A stretch of DNA of 64,000 nt. It comes from Azolla caroliniana. Its lineage: Eukaryota; Plantae; Polypodiophyta. The position numbers and the translations under genes are program-made. Positions 36,724-48,467 of the stretch are shown here, piece after piece. Position 1 is the first letter of the stretch; every line of letters starts with the position of its first letter. The DNA lies in contig JBHGNT010000010.1 of the NCBI GenBank assembly GCA_043228905.1, positions 7,564,001 through 7,628,000 of the forward strand, in the 5' to 3' direction. Under the pieces are notes generated by a model, which saw only the letters and a program-made list of their open reading frames with translations, searched no databases and was not told the origin of the DNA.

Positions 36724-39700
36724 CCGGTACCTGCGTTGAGCGATCGGTTTCGCGTCCGTACTTAGGTGAATTTGGTGCTAATAGAGCTGGGGGTCCAGCC
36801 CTCGCATGTCTTCGTACGACCACGCGAACACATCCTTGAAATCTGTTAATAATGCTACCATTGCCTTCTTTTCTTCCTTCGGCAATTCCTTTGCAACATT
36901 TACCGGTCGGGGCTTGTCTGCTGTGCCGAGGTCCACCTCCTCTAGTTGGGATGCTTTTACCCTCTGGGATATCGTCATTTCCCTCTCTAGGGATTCCTGC
37001 GCTTGTCGCAGTTCTCGGATCGCCGCTTGGTCCGGTTCATCCGGCGTCGTAATGTACGGTTCTACTGCCGCTGTGATATCCACCTCAAATAGTGGGACGA
37101 TTCGTGGGTGTTCCTCGAGGTACCGCTCGACTTCCTCGTCCGGTAATCCCTCCAACATGTTAATGCTTTCCGCATACAATGGAGTTACTTCCTTACTGGC
37201 GATCACCCGTGGTTGCGTCGTTGGTTCCCTCGCCGGAATGTGATCATGTTCTTTTGCCAGCTCTGCTTGATATGCGTTGTTCGCAGCCATGGTCGTCCTA
37301 GCAGTAGGGGGTACGTGCCTTGTACATTAAGTTGCAGCACCACGGCCGATATCCGGAATACGTGGCCTCCGATCGTTACTTCCAAATCCCGGATAAGCCC
37401 GGTCGGTCGGACTGAGCTGGTATCCGCCATGCGTAACCAGAAGGGGCATGGTTCCCATTCCCGGATGCCCAGGTTGTTGCATGTCTGTCGGCTGATGACA
37501 TTTACCCCGGAGCCTCCGTCAATAATCATTCCAGCAATTTCCTTTCCTTTCACGATTGCCGTGATCGCCGGGCTACTTGTATTGACCACCGCTGGTCCTT
37601 CCTCCGGGTTGGAGAAGAATGCTGGTGCTGGCGTCGGCTTCGGTTTGCTCACGGATGCCTGTAGGTCTGCCGTAAACCGTGGCACCAAATGTAGTAGTCG
37701 TGCTAACGGCAGCACGATTTGACAGTCCTGTAGCGCTTGCCACGTCGGGTTTTCTCTTGGCTGTATGATTTCTTCGTCTTTTGGCATATTTTGGTCTCTT
37801 ACTTCTGCCGCATTCTGTTCATTGGCCTCCTTGATCCATTGTGCCGCTTGTTTTCTGATTGCCTCCTGGACTTCCCACTGGGCGGTCTTTCCCTTTGACC
37901 GGGTTGTGACCTGCTGTACTTCTGTTATTTCGGCTGTAACCATGTTGACTTCCGGCTGCTTGTCATTGGTTTTTCTTGGGCATTGGTTACTATAGTGGCC
38001 TTCCTTACGGCAGTAATAACAGTACACCTTGTGACTGTTGCTCGTTTCTCCTTTGTCCCCAGTTTGGAGGGTGGGTATGCTCCGGCGGTCGTCTTCGGTT
38101 TTTCGGTTATCCGGTACCGATACCGGGTTGTCATTCCTCGCTGCCTCCCGACGTTCCTCTCTTCGGAAAAATCCACGCTTCTGATTCCGTCGAAAATTTC
38201 GGTTCCCTTGTCGCCTCTCTTCTCTGCGTCGTTCGTATTCTGGGGATTCGTCTCGGTCGTACCGGTCCCGGGGGTAGCTATCTCTGCGTCTCTCCTCTCG
38301 GTCATAGTTATCGCATCTTCTATCAGCGTATCTATTACCGCGTTCCCGTTGGTAGCGGTCGTCTCTCCGGAATCGATCCTCGTCCAGGTTCTGATTGCGC
38401 GGTTCTATGTGTCGAACCGGTGCTGCCTGCCGATTTAACAGGTTATATTCGCATCGGTCCGTTGTATGGGCTCGAGAGTTGCAGATCATACATTGTGTCC
38501 GCGAGGGTGTAGTCTACTGTTGAGTGCCCCGAATTTAGGCATGTTGTGCATTGTAAGGCCTGTCGGAACCTCAGGTCTTCCTCCTTCGGGAGTGCCCGGT
38601 GTAACATCCCCATCGACAAGAAGGGGCTAGTCTTGTCCATTTCTAAAACCCGATCAATAACTTGGTCCATTGTGCTGGTTTGGAAATCAAGGACTCCGCA
38701 CATTGTTCGAAGTGGCTCTTTCAGCGCGGCCAAAAAGACTGCTTTGGCTTCGTCTTCGGGTGGTGCTCTTGTCAGTTGGCTGTGCAGGGTCTGAAACCGA
38801 ATGATGAATTGTGGCACAGTCTCGTTCTCTTCCTGCCGGGTGGTGTAGAACTGCCCGACCAATTCCCTTTGCTCAAATTGTCTGTGAAAAAGCCTGAGGA
38901 ATCTGGCCTTCAAGGCATCGAATGTGGCAAAGCTGCCCGGTAAGTGCTTTGCGTGCCATTGGGCCGTCGGTCCTTCTAAGTTTATGCCGAATTCGGCGAC
39001 TTTGGATCATTCGGCTTCGGGCTCCATCAGTCTTTGGGAGACATGGTTGGCTTCCCATGTTTGGAGGAATGCGTACACGTGTGCCTCCGCGTCGGCCTCA
39101 TCCCGGTACTTTGGGTATGGGTACGACATCGTGTCGTCCAACTGACTCTCCTGCTTCCTCCGCTCTCTGTCCGCTGTTGGCGTTGGCGTGAGAACCTTTG
39201 GTTCCTCCGCGGGTGTTGCCGGTGTCCGGTCCTTTGGTTCCTCCGCGGGTGTTGTCGGTATCTGCTCCTTCGGTTCCTTCGCGGGTGTTGTCGGTATCCG
39301 CTCCTTCGGTTCCTTCGCGGTTGTTGTCGGTATCCGGTCAGCCTCCCTCGGCGATTGCCGGTCACCGAATTCCAGGGTTATTTCTTCCTCTGGCTCCGGT
39401 GTTACTGAGTCTTCCGACCCCTCTTTCTCCCAGTCGTTTGGTGTGTCGTGGCTGCTTTAATACCGGGACGCAACGCTTCCGTCGCTTTCCGACTCCGCCT
39501 CAAGTGTTGCGAATGCTTCCGAGTCCCTGTCGCCCCCGGCGAGCGTCTGTAGTATCGTTTCCGCCTCTTGTAGGCTTGTTATGCTACTGCCTTCGTCGGG
39601 GATTTGCAGAACCCGGAACTGTAGTGCTTCTTCTGCGACTCTCCGAAGAGTTTTGGAGAATGACCGATCCCGCCGGATCTTGTCGATGGCTTGCTGCAGG

Positions 39701-39790
39701 GCTTCCCGTCGTTGCTCGCGTTCGGTGTATCGTCTCCCTCGTTCGGTGATGTGGTCGTCGTTTGGTCTAGACATCCATCCCCCGGTTGTC
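36724..39790 (-). pseudogene. Gypsy gag and protease (frameshifted)
   Basis: Zinc knuckle CYYCRKEGHYSNQC, protease IIDGGSGVN...LLGRPWL, and a retrotransposon gag core (QEENETVPQFIIRF). A ~33-bp tandem repeat lies at ~39190-39340. Confidence 0.85.
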
Positions 39791-41949
39791 CTCTGCACTT
39801 TGCAGGAATCGTGGTCGCCAAAATAGTGTTGTCTGCCTGGCCGGACTAGCCTCAACACAGGTGTCTATCCGACACTTCTCCAAAGGGGTGGTAAGGATTG
39901 GATGCTACGTTACACGCGTAAGATGATTACAATTAAGCACAGACGGTAAACAATACGAAGATACAGATAAACACGCAATAATTACTATTGTATTACTTCC
40001 GTCAAACCCTTTACAAATCATCGGATCCTTTTATAGGCATCCGGCAAGGTTACAATCGGTGCGCTTAGGCAACCGACATCCGAATCGGTCCGGATCCGAA
40101 TCGGTACAACTGTACCGGATCCGTCCCTCCGAATAATAATTCTACTATTATTTACTTCCTATTATCCGATCCGACTCCGCCTTCCCACTTGTCCTTGCTC
40201 TTCTGACCGGCCAACAATCCTTCGTCTTCAACGGTGTGGCCCACAGCTTCCGGCTGTGGTCATCTATGAACGTCACGAAGTACTGTGATCCAGCATGTGA
40301 CTTCGTGTCCACTTGACATACATCAGTATGCACCAACTCCAGTGGTGCATTACGTCTCATCGGTGCTACGTTCACTTCTTTCGAGCATAACCGGCCATTC
40401 ATCAAGTGCAACGTGTTTACCTTCTGGGCCCGAGCCACAATCAGGCTCCCTTTGCTGAACTTCATAACACCGTTCCGGATGCTACCCGTGTAACCTTCAT
40501 CATCTAGCCGACCGGCTGATATCAGGTTCAGACGAACCTCCGGAACGTGTCAGACATCGTTCAACAGCAACTTGCATCCGGTTGGTGTTGTCAACCACAC
40601 GTCTCCTATGCCGACAATTCGGCATGTACCTTCATTCCCCATCTGGACACAGCCGTGATCACCGGCTGAGTAGGATGAGAAGTATTTCCAGTCCGGGGTA
40701 AGGTGGAACGACGCTCTGGAGTCGACCACCCAGGTCATCTCGTCGTTGGCAAGGTTTAGCTCACTCTCCTTGATGATGAGCATCAACTCTTCTTCACTTG
40801 CCGCGATTGCCATCGTTCCCTTCCGGTCCGGCTCCCTCCGGTCTTTACCGTTCCGGTCCGATGTCCGCTTCGAATAGATACCGTCGGTTTCCTTGTCTTT
40901 TCGGAAGTGCCGACAGTTCTTCTGGAAGTGTTCCGACTTGCCACAATAGAAGCAAGTAGGCCTCCCCCTTGACTTTGACCGTGTCCCCGACTTTTCCCGA
41001 TTCTGGGGACTACGGTTCCTTTGTCTTCCGCGTTCCGATTCGGTGAGGAGCGCTTTGGAGTCGGAGCTCGTATCCTTATCTTTCCGACGTGCCTTCTCAT
41101 CTAGCAAGCTTGACTTCACTCTTGCTAGGGATAACCGTTTCCCTTCCGGCCCGGCGTTGCCCAAGGTGACAACCAACGTCTCCCAGCTATCTGGGAGGGA
41201 ACCGAGCAGGAGTAGTGCTAGTACCTCATCGGCGAGAGGCACTTCCAATGATGCTACCTGGTGGATCAGCCCCTGGAAAGCATTCATGTGCTCCGCCATG
41301 CTAGAGCCATCTTGGTACCAGAGTCTTACTAGCTTCCGGAATACCGAAACCTGGTTAACAACATTTTTGTTCTGAAACATAATGTCGATCTTCTCCCAGA
41401 GCTCATGAGCCTTGCTCTCTTCATTGAAGTTGTTGTATAGGCTCATGTCGATGAAGCACCGTATGTACACCGTTGTCTTCATGTGCATCACCTCCCATAT
41501 CATGGCGTCGATTTTGTCCGGTCTCTTGTCCCCGAACTGAACCGACAACCAAAGATCTTTAACCACGAGCATGTCCCTCATCTTCGACTTCCACACTGAA
41601 TAGTTGGAGCCGGTGAGCTTGACCATGCCGCCCAACGATTCGTCCATTTTCTGTGTCATTTCACTCTGATACCACTTTGTCAAGAACTACACGCTCCCGA
41701 TGAACAACGCTCGGCCACAACCAAGCTTAGAATCAAACACAGAAAACGGGAATGATTGCACGACACAATGGAGAGAAGAGTACACAGGATGTTTACGTGG
41801 AAAACCCAAACACGGGAAAAACCACGACATTCCACTGATTGCTAACTATCACTATGTAACAATATATAATAGATGAATATAGAGGCAACGACCTCTTGTT
41901 CACTGTCTTCGCCACAGGCGGCGGTTGCAACAGAGATACGAACTCTTCG

Positions 41950-41997
<48 letters not shown>

Positions 41998-43242
41998 CAC
42001 TGTCGCGCTCTAATCTTGCACCAACAAGAATGACAACAACGGTACTAAGTTTTCCCTAAGTCATATATAGCCCCGATGGACTCTCAGAAACATATTTACG
42101 AATATGTCCCTTCATCCGGTGAGCACTCCTCACCGGGCCTGCATCATCCGGCACTTGCCGGGCACATGTCATTCGGTTCTCACCGGGTCTTCCGTTGCCG
42201 GGTACTCCTCATCCGGTTCTCACTGGGTCTTCCGTTGCTGGGTACTCCTCATCTGGTTCTCACCGGGTCTTCCGTTGCCGGGTACTCCACATCCGGTTCT
42301 CACCGGGTCTTCCGTTGCCGGGTTCTCAACACGGTTCTTCTCACTTCCCATCCGGAGGGACCTGTCTCCTAACACAAACATGAGTTTCTTTCCCTTTTGT
42401 GGATATGTCACAAAAGGGATCTTTGTGGTGTCTGTAGGTGAGCTTTGATACTTAATCCGAATTCTATTGAGTGGCTTCTCCTCCTTAGGGTCAGTTGACC
42501 TGCATGAAATAATACAACAGATGAACTTAAACCTATATTCTCTCGAATGAAAATCTATTGTAGTCTAGAAAATGCGAATACAAAGAATAGTTTGGCCTTA
42601 TGAAGCACTTGCCTGAGCACTAGTGTATGGGACCTACTTAAAGGATGTAGTCATAAGATCAAAAACATAGCAAAAGGCAATGGAAAGGGAGTTGACATAA
42701 GGGATTAGTGAAACCTAAACCTATATGCTCCTTATTGGCAATGGTACTAAGCTGGTAAAGTGGTATGGGGTACAAAACTTCAATTCAAGTATTGTTTTGG
42801 ACTCATTCAGTCTTATAGTAAGCACATTCCTAGTAAAGAAAGATTTGTATGGGGTGTCAAATTATATACAGTATGTAGATTGGTAGCATGGAATACCAAA
42901 TAAGCAATCCAGTATTGTTTTGGCCTCATTCCACTGTTACAGTTAGTACAAAACTAGTAAGGGTGTTAAATCACATGAAGGATGGGAGAAAGAGGATTAG
43001 AAACCTAGGGACTAGAAAGAGGAAAATGTATATTTAATGTCTCAGAGTCCACCAGACACTAAAATTAGTAAAATTTTGGTATCCCCAGTAGTGTCTAAAT
43101 ATCAAATTTCCAACCCAATTTTACCGTATTTTGACCTAAATTAGAATTTCTTAACCTGTTTTTACTTCTTATTTTTCGTCTAATGTTTGTTTTCATGTCT
43201 TTGATGTCCCAAGTTAGATTAATAGTGTTATCTAGGCCACTA

Positions 43243-43901
43243 TTCGATACATGTATCGATTTAGGGGTGACAACTCGTTACGCCGTATCGAGTTCTAAGC
43301 CTAAGGAGCCCATCTCGATATGGCGTATCGAGTTTTAGCCCTAGGAGCCACAATTCGATAGGCTGTATCGAGTTATGACCCCCAACTCGGTACTACGTAT
43401 CGAGTTTTCGCCTTGGGAGCCACAACTCGATACGCCGTATCGAGTTATGACCCCCAACTCGATACTACGTATCCAGTTTTAGCCCTGGGAGCCACAACTC
43501 GATACGCCATATCGAGTTATGACCCCCAACTCGATACTCCGTATCGAGTTGTACCCCTAGGAGCCAGAACTCGATATGACCTATCGAGTTATGACCCCCA
43601 ACTCGATACCCTGTATTGAATTGTAGCCCTAGGAGCCACTACTCGATACGACGTATCGAGTTCTAGCGCTAGGAGCCACAACTCGATATGGCGTAACGAG
43701 TTCTAATAAGTAACTCGATACATTGTAATGAGTTCTGACACTCAACTTGTTACATCGTATCAAGTTGAGTGTCAGAACTCGATACGATGTATCGAGTTCT
43801 TGGTCTTGGATCTATAACTTGATACATCGTACCGAGTTGTGACCCTCACGTTGAGACAATGTACCGACTTCGGGCCATAACTCAATACCATGGATCGAGT
43901 T
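43243..43901. repeat. Array of ~19 palindromes AACTCGATAC-N3-GTATCGAGTT separated by 9- or 17-bp spacers
   Basis: Units start at 43272, 43312, 43352, 43384, 43424, 43456, 43496, 43528, 43568, 43600, 43640, 43680, 43712, 43744, 43776 and 43816, plus degenerate edge copies. Confidence 0.93.
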
Positions 43902-44279
43902 ATGGATCCAGGAGGTAGAAGTGGGCATGCAGGTTATTCTGAAAGAAAGATACGTAGATAGGACTATGTCCATACAGTTTAGGATTGAGATCCTACCTGG
44001 TGTCAGAACGGGCAGTCTTTTTGCTCGACATGACGATCGTGTAGGTGAGGGGATGTGTGAGGTAGCTTGGGAGTCCTTGTGTCTGTGCTTTCATGCTCTT
44101 GAGAGTGGTTACGCTCAAATGCGGGGAAAGAAAAAGAGAGGTTGGTTCTATTTATGGGGGGCGGGGGAAGGGACTAAAGTTAAATATCTAACCACATTTA
44201 AATGCCATATAGTGCTTTTAGTTATTTTTATTTTTATTTGTATTTATTATTATCATAACATAATGATTATCTTTATACT

Positions 44280-44410
44280 TTATGTGTATTATGATCATTA
44301 TGATGTAGTAGTTATTATGATTTAATACTTATGATTATTATGATTTAATACTTATGATTATTATGATTTAGTACCTATTATGATCTAGTACTTATTATGA
44401 TTTAATAGAT
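44280..44410. repeat. AT-rich short tandem repeat (TTATGATT-based)
   Basis: TTATGATTTAATACTTATGATTA is repeated with variants. Confidence 0.7.
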
Positions 44411-44860
44411 GTGCAAGGTCAGTCCAATGATTGAGTACAATTATCTACATTTATGGTAGTCTAATGATTTTGATGTGCAATAAAGTAAGAAATTATTTAT
44501 AGAAATTGAGAACATTCACTAATTGGGTGAGGATAGTGGTATTGTGCAATTATGTCACGTGAACACGTGATCAATGAATAGGAAGTTACATAAATGTTTT
44601 TTTAAGACCTACTTAAGGCATGTGACCATATAAGGGGGACAAGCGTATATAACTACACATAAGTTTAATTATGATTTATATTTTTAATATTTAACCTCTT
44701 TTAAATTTTTATTTATAGCTATTAGAAATATAGAAAAAATTATATAAGAAAATATACAAATTACATATATAGTTCCTTAGAATTCTATTTGTAGTTTAAT
44801 TATGTCTTACAATTTGTATGCTTAGGGAGTGAAATATAAAGGATATTAGAACCTCAAACA

Positions 44861-47600
44861 ATGGGAACAAACTCACCCTTTTTTGTTGAGGAATATCAAC
44901 TGTCATTGGATTCCTCACCTTCTCTGGGGTTTTCAGTAGAAGAATACCATTGGTCTCAAGATTCTAATTTCTCCGTTGAGGAGTATATAATCTCTAACAG
45001 TCTAGTCAATATGACAAGATGCTATGAATTCTCGATTGAAGAGTATGACCCATACACGGACTCGGGTGAGAATGTAGGTGATTGTCAAAGTTCCGAAAGT
45101 ATTTCTACCCAGCAACAGAGAACAAATTTCCGCCAAGAGGAGGATACACCAATATCATATAAGGATGACAATAAGTCAATGAGCCCCTTATTTTTCAGAA
45201 GGGTCCTACGACGTATTAGTCGAGAATGATTTGCTTTAGTGACATTTGAGGCTCAACTTACCGTAGATGTTAAAAAGACATGCTGCGCTCGTGGGCAATG
45301 ATTGGAAAGCAAAACTAGCGGTCTTTGAGACGTTACTATTTTTCACTCAATGGTGATGAACAAGACACTTATCTTATGACACAGTTATAGATGGTGTCAA
45401 ACAAAGCCTCAGATATCTCGATCTCTTTCGAGCATTACCCCTTCGGCACGACAATGTTGTAGAGTGGCATTCAAGATCACACTTTGTGTTAGCAACATGA
45501 GATTACATAGAGTGCAACAAAGAGTTTTAAACGGCAACAATCCTATTGAAGATGATAATTTGCCAGGTATGAAGGGTGCATCAGGTAGAAATGCGATTTG
45601 CTGGATGAAGACATACTTCAAGTTCAATTGTGAGATAATGCCAACTACTGGTAGGTTGCATCTCTCTGACAATTATACAGGTCGAGAAGTTTATGATTCC
45701 TATAGATCGGAAATGTCAACTTGTGGCGAGAGGTATGTCACCTACAGTCAGTTCACAAGGTTGTGGTCATTGCACTTTAGTAATGTTATTATACCTCATA
45801 AAGTACATATGGGGTTTTGTTCAATATGTGCAAACCTAAAGAGCGTGTGTACAGGGGCAAAGACAGCGACAACGAAGGAGCTAAATAAGAAATTGTTACA
45901 AGATCATCGAGACGCCCAAGCATTAGAGCAAAAAAGAGCTATGCACCATAGGTAAAAGTTAATAAACAATCCAACTAACTACATGTGTTTAATGATAGAT
46001 GGAATGGACCAAAAGAAGACGTGTCTACGTCATCTTAAACATCTTCCTAAAGATGTCAACGACGATTGTCTCGTGCAGATGCCCTTGGTGGGTAGTTTAG
46101 CCTATAATGGAAGTGTGAAGCCTCATGTCTTCGTCACCTACCCAAATGTCCACAATGACCCTCATTTAACAGTCACTGTGATTCAAAAAGTATTGATGCC
46201 TTGGGGGCAATCTTTTCCGTCGGTTTTATATATTCAACTAGACAATACTACTCGGGAAAACAAAAATTGTACAGTGTTTGGTTATCTAAGTATGCTAGTG
46301 AACCAAGGAATTTTTAGGAAAGTGAAAGTTAACTTTCTGTTGGTTGGTCACACACATGACCATATCGATCCGATGTTTAGTAACTTCTCTATGTAGTTAT
46401 CACGATATCATGCTTTTACGTTACCTAAGTTGTTCGACATCATTCGTGATGCATATACACCACGCCCAATCATGGAATACTTGAAGGAAATATATGATTT
46501 CAAGAGATACATATTAGATGGTGGTTAGCGAAATGCCAAAGTGTTAGCGCCATTAAATAATATAAGTTTCAACCACGTATTCTTAATAAATAAAAATGAT
46601 CATAGTGGTTGTACATTATTATATGCAAAGTAGTATTCATCCTTCCCCCAATGGGAGCCTGAAGGCGGGTGTCAGTTTCTACTTCATATGCCTTCAACTT
46701 TTGTTTATGGTGCAGGACAAATGTCGATTGAGACTAAGAAAGTTGTCACCAATGTACTAGCTGATAATCCAAAGAATGTTTGGATGCAAGCGCTGCAAGA
46801 CAAACGCAAGCACATTGACAATGCGAGATGCAAACGTTGCAAGAAGTATGTTGGGGAACAAGACACATCATGGTGGGATGTGTTCTTTAAAGATCAAGAA
46901 CAAATTGTTGACAATTATGTCCTTGGTAATTGGACCGTGCAAATACCCTTCACCTGGAATATACAACAGTGTCGTAATTCTTAGACTTCTCCTCTTGCAC
47001 CTAATGCGATTAATGATAGCTTGCTCCATCCACCACAAAGGGACATATATGTTGAACCCGGGCTGACAAAAACAACGGAAGCAAGGTGGCAAGGAAACTT
47101 GCAAGAATTGAAGGTGGGTATGTTAATTGCTACACATGCTAATGATAATGAGGTGGGACATCAATTTTGGATTGGTAAGGTTTTAGATATGGTGATTCAT
47201 GAGAACCAAAGCCAAATCCAGTCTATAAAGGTGCATTGGTACAACACTAAAAGCCAAAATGCCTTTATTGGCAAGTATGCTTTAGAGATCATGGAATGTC
47301 CACGGTCAAGGGGGAATAGAAAGAGGAAAAGAAATATTCATACCACTTCATGCCTAGAATTGGTGACGTAGATATTATTGTTTACGACTTAACACTAACA
47401 AAAGTTGGACGTCTCAGGAAGTTTACAATAGATATTATCAAGGAGAAACTACCTATTCTACAAGGGGTCTCATGTCGAAGGCAAACAAGATCGTCTATAC
47501 ATAACATGGAATGTCAACATCTAGTTTTTGATGAAGACAATGCCTTATAGGTACATCCGAAGATGACGAGGAACAATCTGCATAGTATATTAGTTATAGT
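44861..47600 (+). pseudogene. DDD transposase, Sola-like/DUF7869-type (stops and frameshifts)
   Basis: CCRVAFKITL, FCSIC, CLMIDGMDQKKT (D at 45998), LYIQLDNTTRENKN (D at 46241) and FLLVGHTHDHID (46333-46368). The C-terminus has FWIGKV...IKVHWY. The gene lies inside the TIR pair. Confidence 0.85.
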
Positions 47601-47975
47601 AGCGACTCTGGATCATGATACGAGTGATTTTTGTAAATTTTAGACTCCTCAATGAAATTTTGGTATCTAATGTAAGAGAGTGTCGTTTGTAATACTCGAA
47701 AGATATAAAAATTATGTTTAGAAATATTATTGCTTTGTACAGACATTGTTTGTTATAAAATACATTACTTCTTGACTTCTTAGTGATAGTGAACATTGTA
47801 CCATTTTGATTATAGCATAATTTTAGCGTTTTTCCAAGTTTAGGAAATGATGATTTTTTGAGGTTTTCCAACAACATTTTGAGAACATGTGATACTAGTA
47901 TCATTAAGTTTTGTGAATAGGGTATCTAAACCCCAAAATTTGGAACTTCCAGGGGCATTCCTTCCATTTGTGTGC

Positions 47976-48005
47976 GATCCTTCCACTTCTGAACGCGAAC
48001 GTGTT
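47976..48005 (-). repeat. Right TIR of the DNA transposon
   Basis: The reverse complement is AACACGTTCGCGTTCAGAAGTGGAAGGATC, a 29/30 match to the left TIR. Confidence 0.92.
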
Positions 48006-48042
48006 CACCGAGTTCCAGTCGTCATTCTTGAAAGGGAGATAG

Positions 48043-48467
48043 TGCCATGAACACATGAACATCATGGCTTCACCCAAAACCTTGTAATACATAATAAAAA
48101 ACCCAACCATTCAAATAGCCTATTGTCATATAAAATGATAAAGGCTACTTTTTATAATATGTTGATTATTGTAAAAACTCTGGAACATTCTAGAATATCC
48201 TAGAACATCTTAGAATATTCTAGGTCTAGAACATTTAGAACATTATAGAAATCACTAGGCTATTCTATAGGAACCTATAAATATAGACATACAAGTCTTC
48301 TCAAACTAATTCGAATCAACACCAGTCTTAAGTTCTCATTGCCTATCTTGTATCCATTCTCTTTCTATCTTAATACACCCATTCTTCTCTTATCATTTCG
48401 TTCCTTTCTTCTTGTGCTCTCTTTATATCCCTCTTCCATCACTCTATCTTTTACTCTGGTTTTGACA
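48043..48467 (+). repeat. 3' LTR of chromovirus E
   Basis: TG...TGACA directly after the PPT, homologous in inverted orientation to 51757-52191, and containing CTATAAATA. Confidence 0.85.

Larger units (their letters stand above)
30208..40216 (-). mobile_element. Young non-chromovirus Ty3/gypsy element with an extra ORF
   Basis: 390-bp LTRs at 30208-30597 and 39827-40216 with 4 differences by eye. TSD ATCCT, PBS TGGCGACCACG (tRNA-Arg-like), and domain order gag-PR-RT-RH-INT. Confidence 0.95.
27070..42374 (-). mobile_element. Ty1/copia element B, interrupted by a gypsy element
   Basis: 5' LTR 41678-42374, 3' LTR 27070-27742, TSD CAAAC, PBS TGGTATCAGAG and PPT GGAGTGAAGGGGGAG. gag-PR at 40550-41683 (CFYCGKSEH), INT/RT at 28566-30207 and RH at 27753-28556. 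Confidence 0.95.
16561..42499 (-). pseudogene. Spliced gene encoding a ParB-like domain plus a beta-class N6-adenine/N4-cytosine DNA methyltransferase, interrupted by copia A and copia B. Coding pieces are at 42499-42375, 27069-26964 and ~19422-16561.
   Basis: The frame is continuous across both copia insertions. ParB-like motifs YFVIGGPHSAEARRQL and HNNYRQKMSSIERI lie in 18896-18290. MTase motifs are ADIPYG (DIPY at 17427-17438), W.K, NPYQKPQRLMMRLLEMFS and WILDLFSGTG (16851-16880). In-frame GT-AG introns lie at 17783-17700 and 17232-17146. Stops, frameshifts and a probable deletion after motif I are present. Confidence 0.82.
14571..48005. mobile_element. Large cut-and-paste DNA transposon (~9.8 kb after removing nested LTR elements) carrying a transposase and a ParB-like/DNA methyltransferase gene
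   Basis: 30-bp TIRs with a 28-bp perfect core and a CACC TSD (14567-14570, 48006-48009). Excising the element restores a sequence colinear with the un-inserted paralog at ~52200-52240 (minus strand). Confidence 0.9.
650..48467 (+). mobile_element. Old chromovirus-type Ty3/gypsy element E, the outermost host of the nest. Its pieces lie at ~650-799, ~7150-7165, 11680-13072, 13714-14570 and 48006-48467.
   Basis: The pieces are colinear with the paralog at 51757-61070: protease end (IIRSPEHPIVL..PWFELHNP), CPIDL|Q.GKEPPWG across copia D, RT ([16 protein letters not shown]), RNase H (NYELHDKELL), integrase and chromodomain. A PPT (GAAAGGGAGATAG) is followed by the 3' LTR at 48043-48467. Confidence 0.85.

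Noticed and set aside
43243-43901. CRISPR array
   Set aside because: Spacers are only 9 or 17 bp and recur, there are no cas genes, and the context is eukaryotic.
14573-48003. CACTA, Chapaev or Transib assignment from the CAC...GTG core
   Set aside because: No TSD flanks those exact ends, and the transposase motifs (DGMD, LDN..RENKN, GHTH..ID) are not recognisably Tnp2- or RAG1-like.
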